This document shows positions 19,134-28,800 of a stretch of 64,000 nt of DNA, one piece after another. Source of the stretch: Candidatus Sulfomarinibacteraceae bacterium. Lineage in GTDB: Bacteria; Acidobacteriota; Thermoanaerobaculia; Thermoanaerobaculales; Sulfomarinibacteraceae. Position 1 is the first letter of the stretch. The number at the start of each line of letters is the position of its first letter. The position numbers and the translations under genes were made by a program. The DNA is taken from positions 6,613 through 70,612 of the forward strand of contig JBFELO010000006.1 in NCBI GenBank assembly GCA_041552055.1, read 5' to 3'. Under the pieces are notes generated by a model, which saw nothing but the letters and a program-made list of their open reading frames with translations, was not told the DNA's origin and searched no databases.

Positions 19134-20489
19134 GTGCACGTGGTGATCGTGGGGGGTGGGCTCGTCGGCTCTTCGCTGGCTGAAAAACTCTCCGGCGACG
19201 GCCACGACGTCGTGCTCGTCGAGCAGGACCGTGAGCTCGTCGCCGAGCTCAACGATCGGCTCGACGTCCAGACGATCCGCGGCAATGGGGCCACGGTGCC
19301 CGTGCTGCTCCAGGCGGGCATCGAGAACTGCGACCTGCTGCTGGCGACCACCGACTCCGACGAGGTGAATATGGTCGTCGCCTTGGTCGGGTCGACCCTG
19401 TTCAAGGTGCCCCGCGTGGTGGCCCGTCTGCGCCATCAGGGTCACGAGGAGAGCTTCAACAAGATCGCAAGCGAGATCGGTGGCGAGATGCTCGCCATCA
19501 ACCCGGATGAGGCGACGGTGGAACGGATCATGTCACTGTTGCCCGTGCCGGGGGCGGTCGACGTGGTGCCGTTCTTCGATGGTCGCCTCCTGGTGGCCGG
19601 CTTTCGCGTTCGTCCGGACAGCGAGTTCGCGGGTCTGATGCTGTCACACTTGCGGCTGTTGTTCCCGGCGACCCCGATGCTCGTGGTGGCGATCCGCAGG
19701 GACGGTCAGTGGACCGTTCCACATGGCGAGGACGAGATCCAGGCCGGCGATCTGGTGTACTTCGCGATGGACGTGGCCGAGCTGGACAACGTGTTGACCC
19801 TGCTCGGCCTCAGGAAGGGCGTCGAACGCAAGGTAATGATCGCGGGCGCCACCCGGATCGGCATCTCGCTGGCCAAGCGCCTCGAGGCGGAGGATATGCC
19901 GGCGACGCTGATCGACGCTGTCCTGGCGCGCTGCGAGGTGGCCGCGGCGGAGTTGATGAATACGGTTGTTGTGCACGGCAGTCCCACCGATCGGTCGTTG
20001 TTGATCGAGGAGGGCGCCGACCGTGCGGAGAGCTTTGTCGCCTGCACCGACGACCACGAAGAGAACGTTGTGGCGTGCCTGCTTGCCCGGCAGCTCGGAA
20101 CGACCCACACTTTCGCGCTCGTGGACAACCCGGCGCTGGCCGGATTGATCGGAGATCTGGGGATCGACGCGGTGATCTCGCCCCGCCAGCTCGCGGTGGC
20201 ACTCGCCCTGCAATTCGCCCGCAAGGGCAGGGTCAAGGCGGTCGCCACGCTGATGGAAGACTACGTCGAGGTCATCGACGTCGAGGCTGCGCCCGGCAGC
20301 CGGCTGGTGAGTGCCCCGCTCGCGGAGCTCGGCCTACCGCGCGGCGTCCTGGTCGCGGCGGTCCGGCGTGGCGATCGACTGCTGGTTCCGAAGGGCGACG
20401 ATCGTATCCAGCCCGCTGACGAGGTGTTGCTGATCACCAAGACACGTGACGCGGCCCGCCTCGATCCGTTCCTGGAAGGGGAGCGGTGA
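19134..20489 (+). CDS. trkA: Trk potassium uptake NAD-binding subunit TrkA
   Basis: Two Rossmann-type GxGxxG domains (VVIVGGGLVGSSL and MIAGATRIGISL). GTG 19134 follows GGGAG. Confidence 0.9.
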   Translation: MHVVIVGGGLVGSSLAEKLSGDGHDVVLVEQDRELVAELNDRLDVQTIRGNGATVPVLLQAGIENCDLLLATTDSDEVNMVVALVGSTLFKVPRVVARLRHQGHEESFNKIASEIGGEMLAINPDEATVERIMSLLPVPGAVDVVPFFDGRLLVAGFRVRPDSEFAGLMLSHLRLLFPATPMLVVAIRRDGQWTVPHGEDEIQAGDLVYFAMDVAELDNVLTLLGLRKGVERKVMIAGATRIGISLAKRLEAEDMPATLIDAVLARCEVAAAELMNTVVVHGSPTDRSLLIEEGADRAESFVACTDDHEENVVACLLARQLGTTHTFALVDNPALAGLIGDLGIDAVISPRQLAVALALQFARKGRVKAVATLMEDYVEVIDVEAAPGSRLVSAPLAELGLPRGVLVAAVRRGDRLLVPKGDDRIQPADEVLLITKTRDAARLDPFLEGER

Positions 20490-21922
20490 ACCGACGGTTC
20501 GTCATCCACCTCCTCGGTCGGCTGTTGCTGATCATGGCCGCCTTTCTTGGGGTGCCGCTGCTGGCTGCGGGGTGGTTTCGAGAGCCGCTGTACCCGTACA
20601 TCGGCAGCATGTTGGTCGCGGCCGCGGCGGGCGCCGCGATGATCGCGCTCAGCCGGCCCGAGAACAGTCACATCAGGCCACGCGACGGGTTTCTCATCGT
20701 GGGCGGTTCGTGGATCGCGGTCTCGTTGCTTGGTGCGCTCCCGTACCTGATCGCGGGCGTGCTGGGCCCGGAGGACGCGCTCTTCGAGTCCGTGTCCGGC
20801 TTCACGACGACCGGCTCCACCGTGATCGCGGAGGTCACCGTCGTGCCGCGCGCACTGCTGCTCTGGCGGGCACTCAGCCAGTGGCTCGGCGGCATGGGCA
20901 TCATCCTGTTCACCATCGCCATACTGCCATTGCTCGGAATCGGCGGCATGCAACTGTTCAAGGCCGAGGTGCCCGGCCCCGTGGTCGACAAGGTGCGGCC
21001 GCGGTTGGCGGCAACGGCGCGCTCGCTGTGGGGAGTCTACGTCGGGCTGACCGCGGCCGAGTGGGTGTTGTTGCAGGTTGCCGGCGTGTCGTCCTACGAG
21101 GCACTATGCCACGCCTTTACGACCCTTCCAACGGGCGGCTTTTCCACCCGCAACACCTCGGTGGGAGAGTTCGGCATTCCCGCCGTGGAGTGGATTGTCA
21201 CGCTGTTCATGCTGCTCGCCGGCATCAACTTCGTGCTCCACTACCGGCTGCTCACCGGTCGTGGGCGACAGGTGTTGAGAGATCGTGAGCTCCGGTACTT
21301 TCTCGGTGTCGTAGGCGTCGCGACGATCATTTTGACCGTCTGCGTCCACACTCCTGGGGAGAGGATCATCGACACTTTGAGGATCGCCGCATTTCAGACC
21401 GCGTCAATTCTCACCACGACGGGATACGTCACCGCGGACTTCGAGGTGTGGCCGAGCCTGGCGTTGATCGTGATCCTGGTACTGATGATGCTCGGGGGGA
21501 TGTCGGGCTCCACCGGAGGAGGCGTCAAGAGCCTGCGAGCCATGTTGGCCATGCGCTCGTTGAGGGCCACCCTGCACCGGCTCATCCACCCGCACGCCGT
21601 GCGACCGGTGAAGTACGCCAACCAGGTCGTCCAGGAGTCGGTCTTGTCCGGGATCTGGGCATTCCTGACCGCCTACATCGTGATCGCGATCATCGGGACC
21701 GCCGTCGTCGCCGCCCACGGCTACGACCTGCTGACATCCATCTCCGCTTCCCTCACCGCCATCAGCAACGTGGGGCCGGGCCTGGGCGAGGTCGGTGCGT
21801 ACGACAACTTCGCGCATACGCCGGGATTGGTGAAGATCACCCTGGCGATCATCATGCTGTTCGGCCGGCTCGAGATCTTCACCCTGCTCGCGATGCTCTC
21901 CAGGGAGTTTTGGCGGCGGTGA
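20486..21922 (+). CDS. trkH: Trk potassium uptake membrane subunit TrkH
   Basis: Polytopic protein with repeated TTTG/GGxSGSTGGG selectivity-type motifs. GTGA overlap with the trkA stop. Confidence 0.9.
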   Translation: MNRRFVIHLLGRLLLIMAAFLGVPLLAAGWFREPLYPYIGSMLVAAAAGAAMIALSRPENSHIRPRDGFLIVGGSWIAVSLLGALPYLIAGVLGPEDALFESVSGFTTTGSTVIAEVTVVPRALLLWRALSQWLGGMGIILFTIAILPLLGIGGMQLFKAEVPGPVVDKVRPRLAATARSLWGVYVGLTAAEWVLLQVAGVSSYEALCHAFTTLPTGGFSTRNTSVGEFGIPAVEWIVTLFMLLAGINFVLHYRLLTGRGRQVLRDRELRYFLGVVGVATIILTVCVHTPGERIIDTLRIAAFQTASILTTTGYVTADFEVWPSLALIVILVLMMLGGMSGSTGGGVKSLRAMLAMRSLRATLHRLIHPHAVRPVKYANQVVQESVLSGIWAFLTAYIVIAIIGTAVVAAHGYDLLTSISASLTAISNVGPGLGEVGAYDNFAHTPGLVKITLAIIMLFGRLEIFTLLAMLSREFWRR

Positions 21923-22059
21923 GCGCGCCGCTCGCGGCCAACGCTGCGAGCACGATTCCTCGCATCGGTCGCTCCCGAACGCAAGCGTTCGTCCGTGCCT
22001 CATACTCCACGTTGGGCGCAGGCGTGATGATCGGACAGCAAACCTTCGTCGCGGTGACT

Positions 22060-22180
22060 CCCCGGCGCGCTCCCCGCGGTTGCCACCTTCAACAATCCTT
22101 GGCCCTGTCGGCTGTGGAATTCCGAGTCGTGATGCCCCCAAGATTGTTGAAGATGGCACGCCCGCACAACGCGCCGTTCT
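22060..22180. repeat. Composite intergenic repeat, hairpin copy (arms 22088-22103 / 22139-22153, stem word caacaatccttgg)
   Basis: Inverted repeat with a one-base bulge. The flanks match the 13340-13500 copy. Confidence 0.8.
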
Positions 22181-22287
22181 GCCATCGCGCTCACCGACGC
22201 AATGGCAACCCTCGTTGTTCCTCTGGGCGCTGAGTCCTTGTGGTTATCCCATCACGCCGTCGATCGGCGAGGGCGCTTGGGATCCAC

Positions 22288-22310
22288 TGCGATTCGCGCA
22301 GCGAATCGCA
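22288..22310. repeat. Short palindrome TGCGATTCGC-gca-GCGAATCGCA, a co-varying sibling of 24526-24548 and 9650-9670
   Basis: Read directly from the sequence. Preceded by tccac, as in the 24526 copy. Confidence 0.8.
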
Positions 22311-22381
22311 CTCCCCAATCCTCGAGACCTCTCGCCCTCTGCGCGATGCGGTAGAATCCGCCGCTCGAGCACGGAGAGAGC

Positions 22382-23599
22382 TTGCGCCACCACAAGGCCA
22401 CCCTTGGAATCATCTTTCTGATCGTGTTCATCGATCTGGTCGGTTTCGGGATCGTGATCCCGTTCCTGCCCCTGTACGCCGAGGAGTACGGTCCGTCGCC
22501 GGTGGTGTTCGGACTGCTCATGGCGTCGTTCTCGCTGATGCAGTTCATGGCCGCTCCGATCCTCGGTCGGCTGTCGGACCGGTACGGTCGACGGCCGGTG
22601 CTGCTGGTCTCGCTGGTGGGGTCGGTTCTCGGGTACGTGATGTTCGCGTTCGCCGGATCGATCGCGATGTTGTTCCTTTCGAGAATTATTGACGGCATCT
22701 CGGGAGGCAACATCTCGACCGCTCAGGCGGTGATAGCCGACATCACCGACGAGAGGGACCGCGCCAAGGGAATGGGCCTGATCGGCGCCGCCTTCGGGCT
22801 CGGCTTCATCTGCGGCCCCGGCATCGGTGGCCTGCTCGCCGAAGTCGCGACGTGGCTGCCGGGAGTTGCCGCGGCGACCACGTCGGCGATCGCCTTCGTG
22901 TTGGTGTTGCTGCGGCTGCCCGAGACTCTGGATCCAGCGGCACGGGAGCACGCTCGAGCCCACGCGTTCGGGCTCAGGAGTCTGTCGGAAGCACTGTCGC
23001 ACCCTCTGGTCGGCCTCTGCCTGATCATGATCTTCCTGATCATCTTCGCGTTTGCCAATTTCGAGACCACGTTTGCCCAGTTCGGTCGCCTCGTTTTCCA
23101 GCTGTCGACCTCCCAGATCGGCTGGCTCTTCGTGTACGCGGGCGTGCTCGGGGCAGTCATCCAGGGGGGGCTCGCCGGTGCGTTGGCGCGGCGGTTCGGT
23201 GAAGGTCGCCTGGTGGCTGTCGGGGCTTTTCTCAGCTTCGTGGCTCTCGGTTTCCTGCCGTACGTCCGGCATCAGAGTTGGCTGCTGGTGGCTCTGGCCC
23301 TGCTCGCAGTCGGGCACGGTATCGCGGCACCATCGCTGTCCGCGTTGACCTCCAAGCTGGTGACGCGAGACGAGGTCGGAGGAGTGATGGGCATCTACCA
23401 GTCGCTGTCGAGCCTCGGCAGGATCACGGGCCCGTTCTGGGGCGAGCTGGTGTACGGCTCGCTGGGTTTCGAGTGGCCCTACCGCACTGGATCGGTGTTC
23501 ATGCTCGCGGCGAGCGCGGTGGGCGTGGCGCTGCTGATCCGCCTGCGCCGTGTCGGCGCGGCGACGGCCGAGAAGAGAGTGAACGCCGACGCAGCTTGA
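22382..23599 (+). CDS. MFS transporter (drug/H+ antiporter-like, 12 TM)
   Basis: FIDLVGFGIVIPFLPLY, GRLSDRYGRRPVLL and DITDERDRAKGMG motifs. TTG start follows GGAGAGAG. Confidence 0.85.
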   Translation: MRHHKATLGIIFLIVFIDLVGFGIVIPFLPLYAEEYGPSPVVFGLLMASFSLMQFMAAPILGRLSDRYGRRPVLLVSLVGSVLGYVMFAFAGSIAMLFLSRIIDGISGGNISTAQAVIADITDERDRAKGMGLIGAAFGLGFICGPGIGGLLAEVATWLPGVAAATTSAIAFVLVLLRLPETLDPAAREHARAHAFGLRSLSEALSHPLVGLCLIMIFLIIFAFANFETTFAQFGRLVFQLSTSQIGWLFVYAGVLGAVIQGGLAGALARRFGEGRLVAVGAFLSFVALGFLPYVRHQSWLLVALALLAVGHGIAAPSLSALTSKLVTRDEVGGVMGIYQSLSSLGRITGPFWGELVYGSLGFEWPYRTGSVFMLAASAVGVALLIRLRRVGAATAEKRVNADAA

Positions 23600-23689
23600 G
23601 GTTCGCGTTCGGTCCGAGATCGAGTATCATCAGCCGGCCCGCGTCGCGCGGTGCCGCAAGAACGGAGCGCAGGAAAGAGGAGTCGACGG

Positions 23690-24298
23690 ATGCATCGAAA
23701 CCCCTGGTTCACACTGATCCTCGGATTGATGGTCGGGCTGGTGCTCGGGTATGTGTTTGCCGAGCGGCAGGCCGTGCCGTCGGCGACCACCGCCGCGCGA
23801 CAGGCCGGAGCAGCCGCTCAGAGCGGTCTGCCGGAGGGACACCCCCCGGTCGATGCGGGCGCCGGCGGCGCCGAGGCCCAGCGCCTGTCTCAGCAGGCGG
23901 CAGAGCTGCAGCGGATGCTCGCCCAGAGCCCGGACGATCACCGCCTGATGGTGGCACTCGGGAACCTGTACTTCGACGGGGGCCGGTGGACCGAGGCCCG
24001 GATGTGGTACGAGAGGTCGCTCGAGCTCGAGGCGGCGGACCCGAACGTGGTCACCGATCTCGCCGTTGTCCATCGCAATCTGCAGCAGCCGGACCGGTCG
24101 CTCGAGCTGCTCGATCAGGCCATCGCCATGGATGCCGAGCACTGGCAGGCTTATTACAACAAGGTCATCGTGCTCCAGTTCGATCTCCACCGGCACGACG
24201 AGGCGGCCGCGACGCTCGCCCGGCTGAAGGAGATTGCGGCAACCAACCGCGAGGTTCCGGACCTGTCCGGGCTGGAGGCGGAGGTCCTGGGGGGCTAA
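23690..24298 (+). CDS. Membrane-anchored TPR repeat protein
   Basis: ATG 23690 follows AAGAGGAG. It has a TM helix (WFTLILGLMVGLVLGYVF) and TPR-like LGNLYFDGGRWTEARMWYERSLEL. Confidence 0.7.
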   Translation: MHRNPWFTLILGLMVGLVLGYVFAERQAVPSATTAARQAGAAAQSGLPEGHPPVDAGAGGAEAQRLSQQAAELQRMLAQSPDDHRLMVALGNLYFDGGRWTEARMWYERSLELEAADPNVVTDLAVVHRNLQQPDRSLELLDQAIAMDAEHWQAYYNKVIVLQFDLHRHDEAAATLARLKEIAATNREVPDLSGLEAEVLGG

Positions 24299-24525
24299 CA
24301 CCGCCGCCGGAGCGCCCGGGGCAGGGCTTGAGGCCTTGGTCGCCCGGCACTCACGCATGAGCGCCGGGCTGGGCTTGGGGGCATGAGGGGTTCTCAGAGC
24401 TGCTCTGTGTGAGCCCCCACGTCCTCACGCCCTGAAAGGGCGGGCGGTCGAGCGACCGGCGACCAGCGACGGGCAGGTTGGGCAATCCCATCGCGTGGCG
24501 AGAGAGACGATTGACCCCTTTCCAC

Positions 24526-24548
24526 TGCAATTCGCGCAGCGAATTGCA
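24526..24548. repeat. Short palindrome TGCAATTCGC-gca-GCGAATTGCA immediately 3' of the beta-barrel gene
   Basis: Read directly from the sequence. Confidence 0.8.
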
Positions 24549-24550
24549 CA

Positions 24551-25870
24551 CTAGAACCTGAAGGTCAACCCCGTCAGCGCGCGCACTTCCTCGAAGTCGT
24601 CGTGGTCCATGAACTCGGCGACCAGCAGCAGGGAGAACAGTCGGCTGATGTTGGCGTTCATGGACAGGGCCCAGCGCTCGCTCTCCGGCCGCAGTTCGAC
24701 GTATCCGCCGTCGCCGTCGGAGTAGTGGAAGATCGAGAGCGAGGTGTTGTAGTCGAGCGTCAGGTAGACGCGACGGCCCAGGGTCTTGCCGAGCGACACG
24801 TAGGTCGAGTCGTACTCGTGGTCGAGCCGGTCGATGCGCGAGTTCGAGGCGGTAAGATCGAGCCCGACGCCAAGGATGTCATTGACAGAGAAGCCGTAAT
24901 TGAGGCGGTCACTCCACTCGTCGTCGCGGTTGTTGCGGTCGCGGCCGTAGCCGGCCCAGAAGCGCACCCGACGCCACGGATTGAGGGTAACCCTGAAACG
25001 GCCCGACTCGAAGAGCAGCCCGTCGAGGCGCTCCGGGGAGACCGGCCGACCATCGAGCACGTCGTCGGTGATCGAACGGGCGTCGATCGAACGTCCCCGG
25101 TGGTAGGTCCCCTGGAACTCGATGAGGCGGACCGGGGCGTAACGGATGTTGGTGAAGAAGTAGCTGAGCTGGCTGTCGCCGAGGCCGGCAGGGCCCTCGG
25201 TGTCGTACTGCAAACCCTGATAGAGGAAGAACTTCCGTGCCACCGGTATGAAGTTGTTGAAGGTGATGACCGAGCGCTCGGTGAGGTCGTCGTTGCGGAT
25301 CATGGTCCAGCCGAGCACGTGACGCCGGCCGTGACTGCCGTCGACCGCGACGTAGACGCCGCCCTTCATGATGTCGTCGACGTAGCCCGCCTCGCGGATC
25401 TTGGGCTCGAGGCCGCCGTAGAGGCCGAACCGGAACTGTCCGAACGAAGACGCGTTCGCCGCGCGGTACTCGCCCCACAGGCCGCCCACCGAGCCGAGAC
25501 CACCGAGGTCACGCAGCCACATCTGGCCGACCCGGAGCCTGAACCGACCCTCGCTCGCCCTGAGCCCGATCCAAGCCTCGTAGATCGAGACCCGTTCGTC
25601 GCGCGCCTCGGAACTCGGGTAGGTGGCGACCCTGGTGTCGAGGCCGTACTCGAAGTTGGTGTCAGCGCGGCGGTCGGAGTAGAACGACAGGGTGGCGATC
25701 AGCTCGCTGAAGTCGTAGCTCTCGCCCTCGACCGGCTCGCGCTGGGACCAGTTGGCGAACAGTGAGAAACGACCGGAGGAGGGGATCGCCTGAGCGAGCG
25801 TTGTCCGGGCCGGCAGCAGCGTCGCCAGCACGAGCGCCAGTACTGCGGTTCGCGAGGTCGACCTAGTCAT
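24551..25870 (-). CDS. Outer-membrane beta-barrel (porin-like) protein, partner of the multihaem cytochrome
   Basis: Signal peptide MTRSTSRTAVLALVLATLLPARTTLAQA, alternating amphipathic strands, and a C-terminal LTFRF. ATG 25870 overlaps the cytochrome stop by 8 nt. The 930-aa listed ORF is an out-of-frame run-on. Confidence 0.65.
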   Translation of the reverse strand: MTRSTSRTAVLALVLATLLPARTTLAQAIPSSGRFSLFANWSQREPVEGESYDFSELIATLSFYSDRRADTNFEYGLDTRVATYPSSEARDERVSIYEAWIGLRASEGRFRLRVGQMWLRDLGGLGSVGGLWGEYRAANASSFGQFRFGLYGGLEPKIREAGYVDDIMKGGVYVAVDGSHGRRHVLGWTMIRNDDLTERSVITFNNFIPVARKFFLYQGLQYDTEGPAGLGDSQLSYFFTNIRYAPVRLIEFQGTYHRGRSIDARSITDDVLDGRPVSPERLDGLLFESGRFRVTLNPWRRVRFWAGYGRDRNNRDDEWSDRLNYGFSVNDILGVGLDLTASNSRIDRLDHEYDSTYVSLGKTLGRRVYLTLDYNTSLSIFHYSDGDGGYVELRPESERWALSMNANISRLFSLLLVAEFMDHDDFEEVRALTGLTFRF

Positions 25871-28800
25871 GGCTCGCCCTCGTTCGGAAGGAGATTCGTG
25901 GAGGTGGTTCCCCATCGGGGTGGCACGAGTAGCAGAACGCGGAGTCGTACTGGTAAGCCTCACCCTCGCTTTCGTGCCTGTCGTCCATGTCGCTCTGCGG
26001 GTGGCAGCCGGCGTCGAGGCAATTGAAGACGCCGAAGTTGGACGGGTTTGGGTGGCAGTCGATGCAGTCCGCACTCGCGTGCGGTCCTCCAGTGATCGGG
26101 AAGTACGGGTGGTTGAACGTGCCGTCGTTCCAGGTGGGGTCCGACGCCCTGTGGCAGAGCGTGCAGTCGGTCGGATAGCCCGCGGCCACGTGGTTGGGTC
26201 CCGTCGCCCCCTCGTAGTCGGAAAGGTGGCAGTCGACGCAGTCCGACGGCAACCCGGCGTAGACGCCGCTGGAGTGGCAGGCCGAGCAGTCGAGGGTCGC
26301 GTGGACTCCGACAAGGGTGTACGGGTGCGTGAAGTCGGCGTCGCCCCAGTTGGTCGGCGTGTGGCAGGTCTCGCAGGTGGTGGGGAATCCGGCGTCGGGG
26401 TGGTTCGGGTCGGTGGTGGCGTTGTAGTCCTCGAGGTGGCAGTCGACGCAGTCGGACGGCAGCCCGTCGTACACGGTGCCGGTGTGGCAGGCGTTGCAGG
26501 ACTGGGCCGTGTGCGAGCCGACCAGCGGCCACACCGTGTGCGGGTAGGTGGCCTGGAACCAGTCCGGATCCGAGTTGCTGTGGCACGAATCGCATGTGGT
26601 CGGGAATCCGGCCGCCGAGTGGTTCGGGTTGGTGGTGGCGTCGTAGTTGTCGATGTGGCAGTCGACGCAGTCCGACGGCAACCCGGCGTAGACGCCGCTG
26701 GAGTGGCAGGCCGAGCAGTCGAGGGTCGCGTGGACTCCGACAAGGGTGTACGGGTGCGTGAAGTCGGCGTCGCCCCAGGTGGTGGGCGTGTGGCAGGTCT
26801 CACAGGTGGTCGGGAAGCCGGCGCTCGCGTGGTCCGGATCGGTGGTGGCGCTGTAGTCGTCGAGGTGACAGTCGACGCAGTCGGACGGCAGGCCTGCGTA
26901 CACGGTGCCGGTGTGGCAGGCGTTGCAGGCCTGGCTGGTGTGAGATCCGACCAGCGGCCACACGGTGTGCGGGTAGGTGGCCTGGAACCAGTTCGGATCC
27001 GACGCCCTGTGGCAGCGGGTGCAGTCGGTCGGGAATCCGGCCGCCGGATGGTTCGGGTTCGTGGAACTGTCGTAGTCCGTGCGGTGGCAGTCGACGCAGT
27101 CGGACGGCAGGCCCTCGTATACCCCGCTGGAGTGGCAGGCCGAGCAGTCGAGGGTCGCGTGCACCCCGACCAGCGCGTAGGCGTGGTCGAATCCGCTGCC
27201 GTCGCCGTCCTCCCATCCGCCGTCGGACGGGTCGTGGCAGTTCTCGCAGTCGGTCGGGAATCCGGCGGCACCGTGGTCCGGATCGTCGGCGTCGTTGTAG
27301 TCGTCGATGTGGCAGTCCACGCAGTCGGACGGCAGCCCGGCATAGATGCCGCTCGAGTGGCAGTCGTCGCAGTCGAGGGTGGCGTGCACGCCGGTCAGTC
27401 GGAACGCGTGATCGAAGTCCGCGTCCTCCCACGAGGTCGGCTCGTGGCAGGTCTCGCAGGTTGTCGGGAAGCCGGCGGCGGCGTGGTCCGGGTCGTCGGC
27501 GCGGTTGTAGTCGTCGATGTGGCAGTCCACGCAGTCGGACGGCAGCCCCGCGTACACGTCTCCGGTGTGGCACGCAATGCACCGCTGCGAGCTGTGGGAC
27601 GCGACCAGTGGCCAGACGGTGTGGGGGTAGGTCGCCTGATGCCAGTTCGGATCGGTCTGGCTGTGGCAGGTCTCGCAGTCGGTCGGGAAACCGGCCGCAA
27701 CGTGGTTCGGATCTCTCGATGCGTCGTAATCCGACTGATGGCAGCCGACGCAGTCGGTCGGTGTGCCGGCGTACACGCCACCCGCGTGGCAGTCGGAACA
27801 GTCGAGCGTCGCGTGGACGCCGACGAGCTGGTACTCATGATCGAACTCCGCGTCCTCCCACGAGCTGTCGCTGCGGTCGTGGCAGAGGCGACAGTTGGTG
27901 GGGAATCCCGCGGCAACGTGGTCCGGATCGTCGGTGTCGTTGTAGTCGTCGATGTGACAACCGACGCAGTCCCTCGGCGTGCCCAGATAGACGCCGTTCG
28001 GGTGGCAGGCCGCGCAGTCGAGGGTCGCGTGCTGGCCGAGAAGGCGATACGGGTGGTCGAAGGTCGCCAGGTTCCACGACGCGTCGTTCGGGCGGTGGCA
28101 GACGTCGCACTGGGTCGGGAAGCCGGCGGCGACGTGGTCCGGATCGTCAGCCCGCTGGTAGTCGTCGCTGTGGCAGGAGTAGCAGTCCGGACTCACGCTG
28201 CCGTCGAACCGCCACCCGGGGTGACAACCGGTGCAGTCGACGGTCTGGTGCTGGCCGCCGATGTCGAAGCCGGTGTAGGAGTGATCCCAGTTGACCGTGG
28301 TCCACGAGATCGCCTGGTGGCAGTTCTCGCATTCAAAGCCGAACTGTGTGCGGTGCGGGGCGTCCTCGCGCCGGATCCAGTGACAGTCGTAGCACCGCGT
28401 CGGGGTCCCCTTGATCTGCTGGTTCCAGTGGCAGTCGGCGCACGGCACGGCGAGGTGCCGACCCTCGAGCGGGAACAGGCCCGACTTGTGGAACGCCCGC
28501 GACGCGTTCTTGAAGTGGGCGTCGGTCGCGTGACACTGGGTGCAGTCGCCACCGAGCGTGCCCTGGTGGGCGTCCTCGTGACAGTGCGAGCACTCGGTGG
28601 AGAGGGTCAGAAACGATCGAGTCGTGTGGCATCGTGAGCACTCGCCGGCGAACTCGCCGTGATAGCCTTCGAGGGCGAAGCCGGTCTCCCCGGCGTGGTC
28701 GAAGCCTGCAGTGTCCAGGGGTCTCAGGTCCGCGTCGCGTCCCTGGTGCTCGACGTGACAGATCGCACAGTCGGCCGGCGTGACCTCGCGGTGGACGCCC

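Noticed and set aside
24551-27343. 930-aa ORF suggesting a huge fusion protein. Related over-extended ORFs lie at 13743-16202 and 38798-39895.
   Set aside because: The N-terminal parts overlap the neighbouring gene out of frame and read as Thr/Pro/Arg/Ala noise. Internal ATGs with SDs and signal peptides (25870, 15245, 39412) give sensible proteins.
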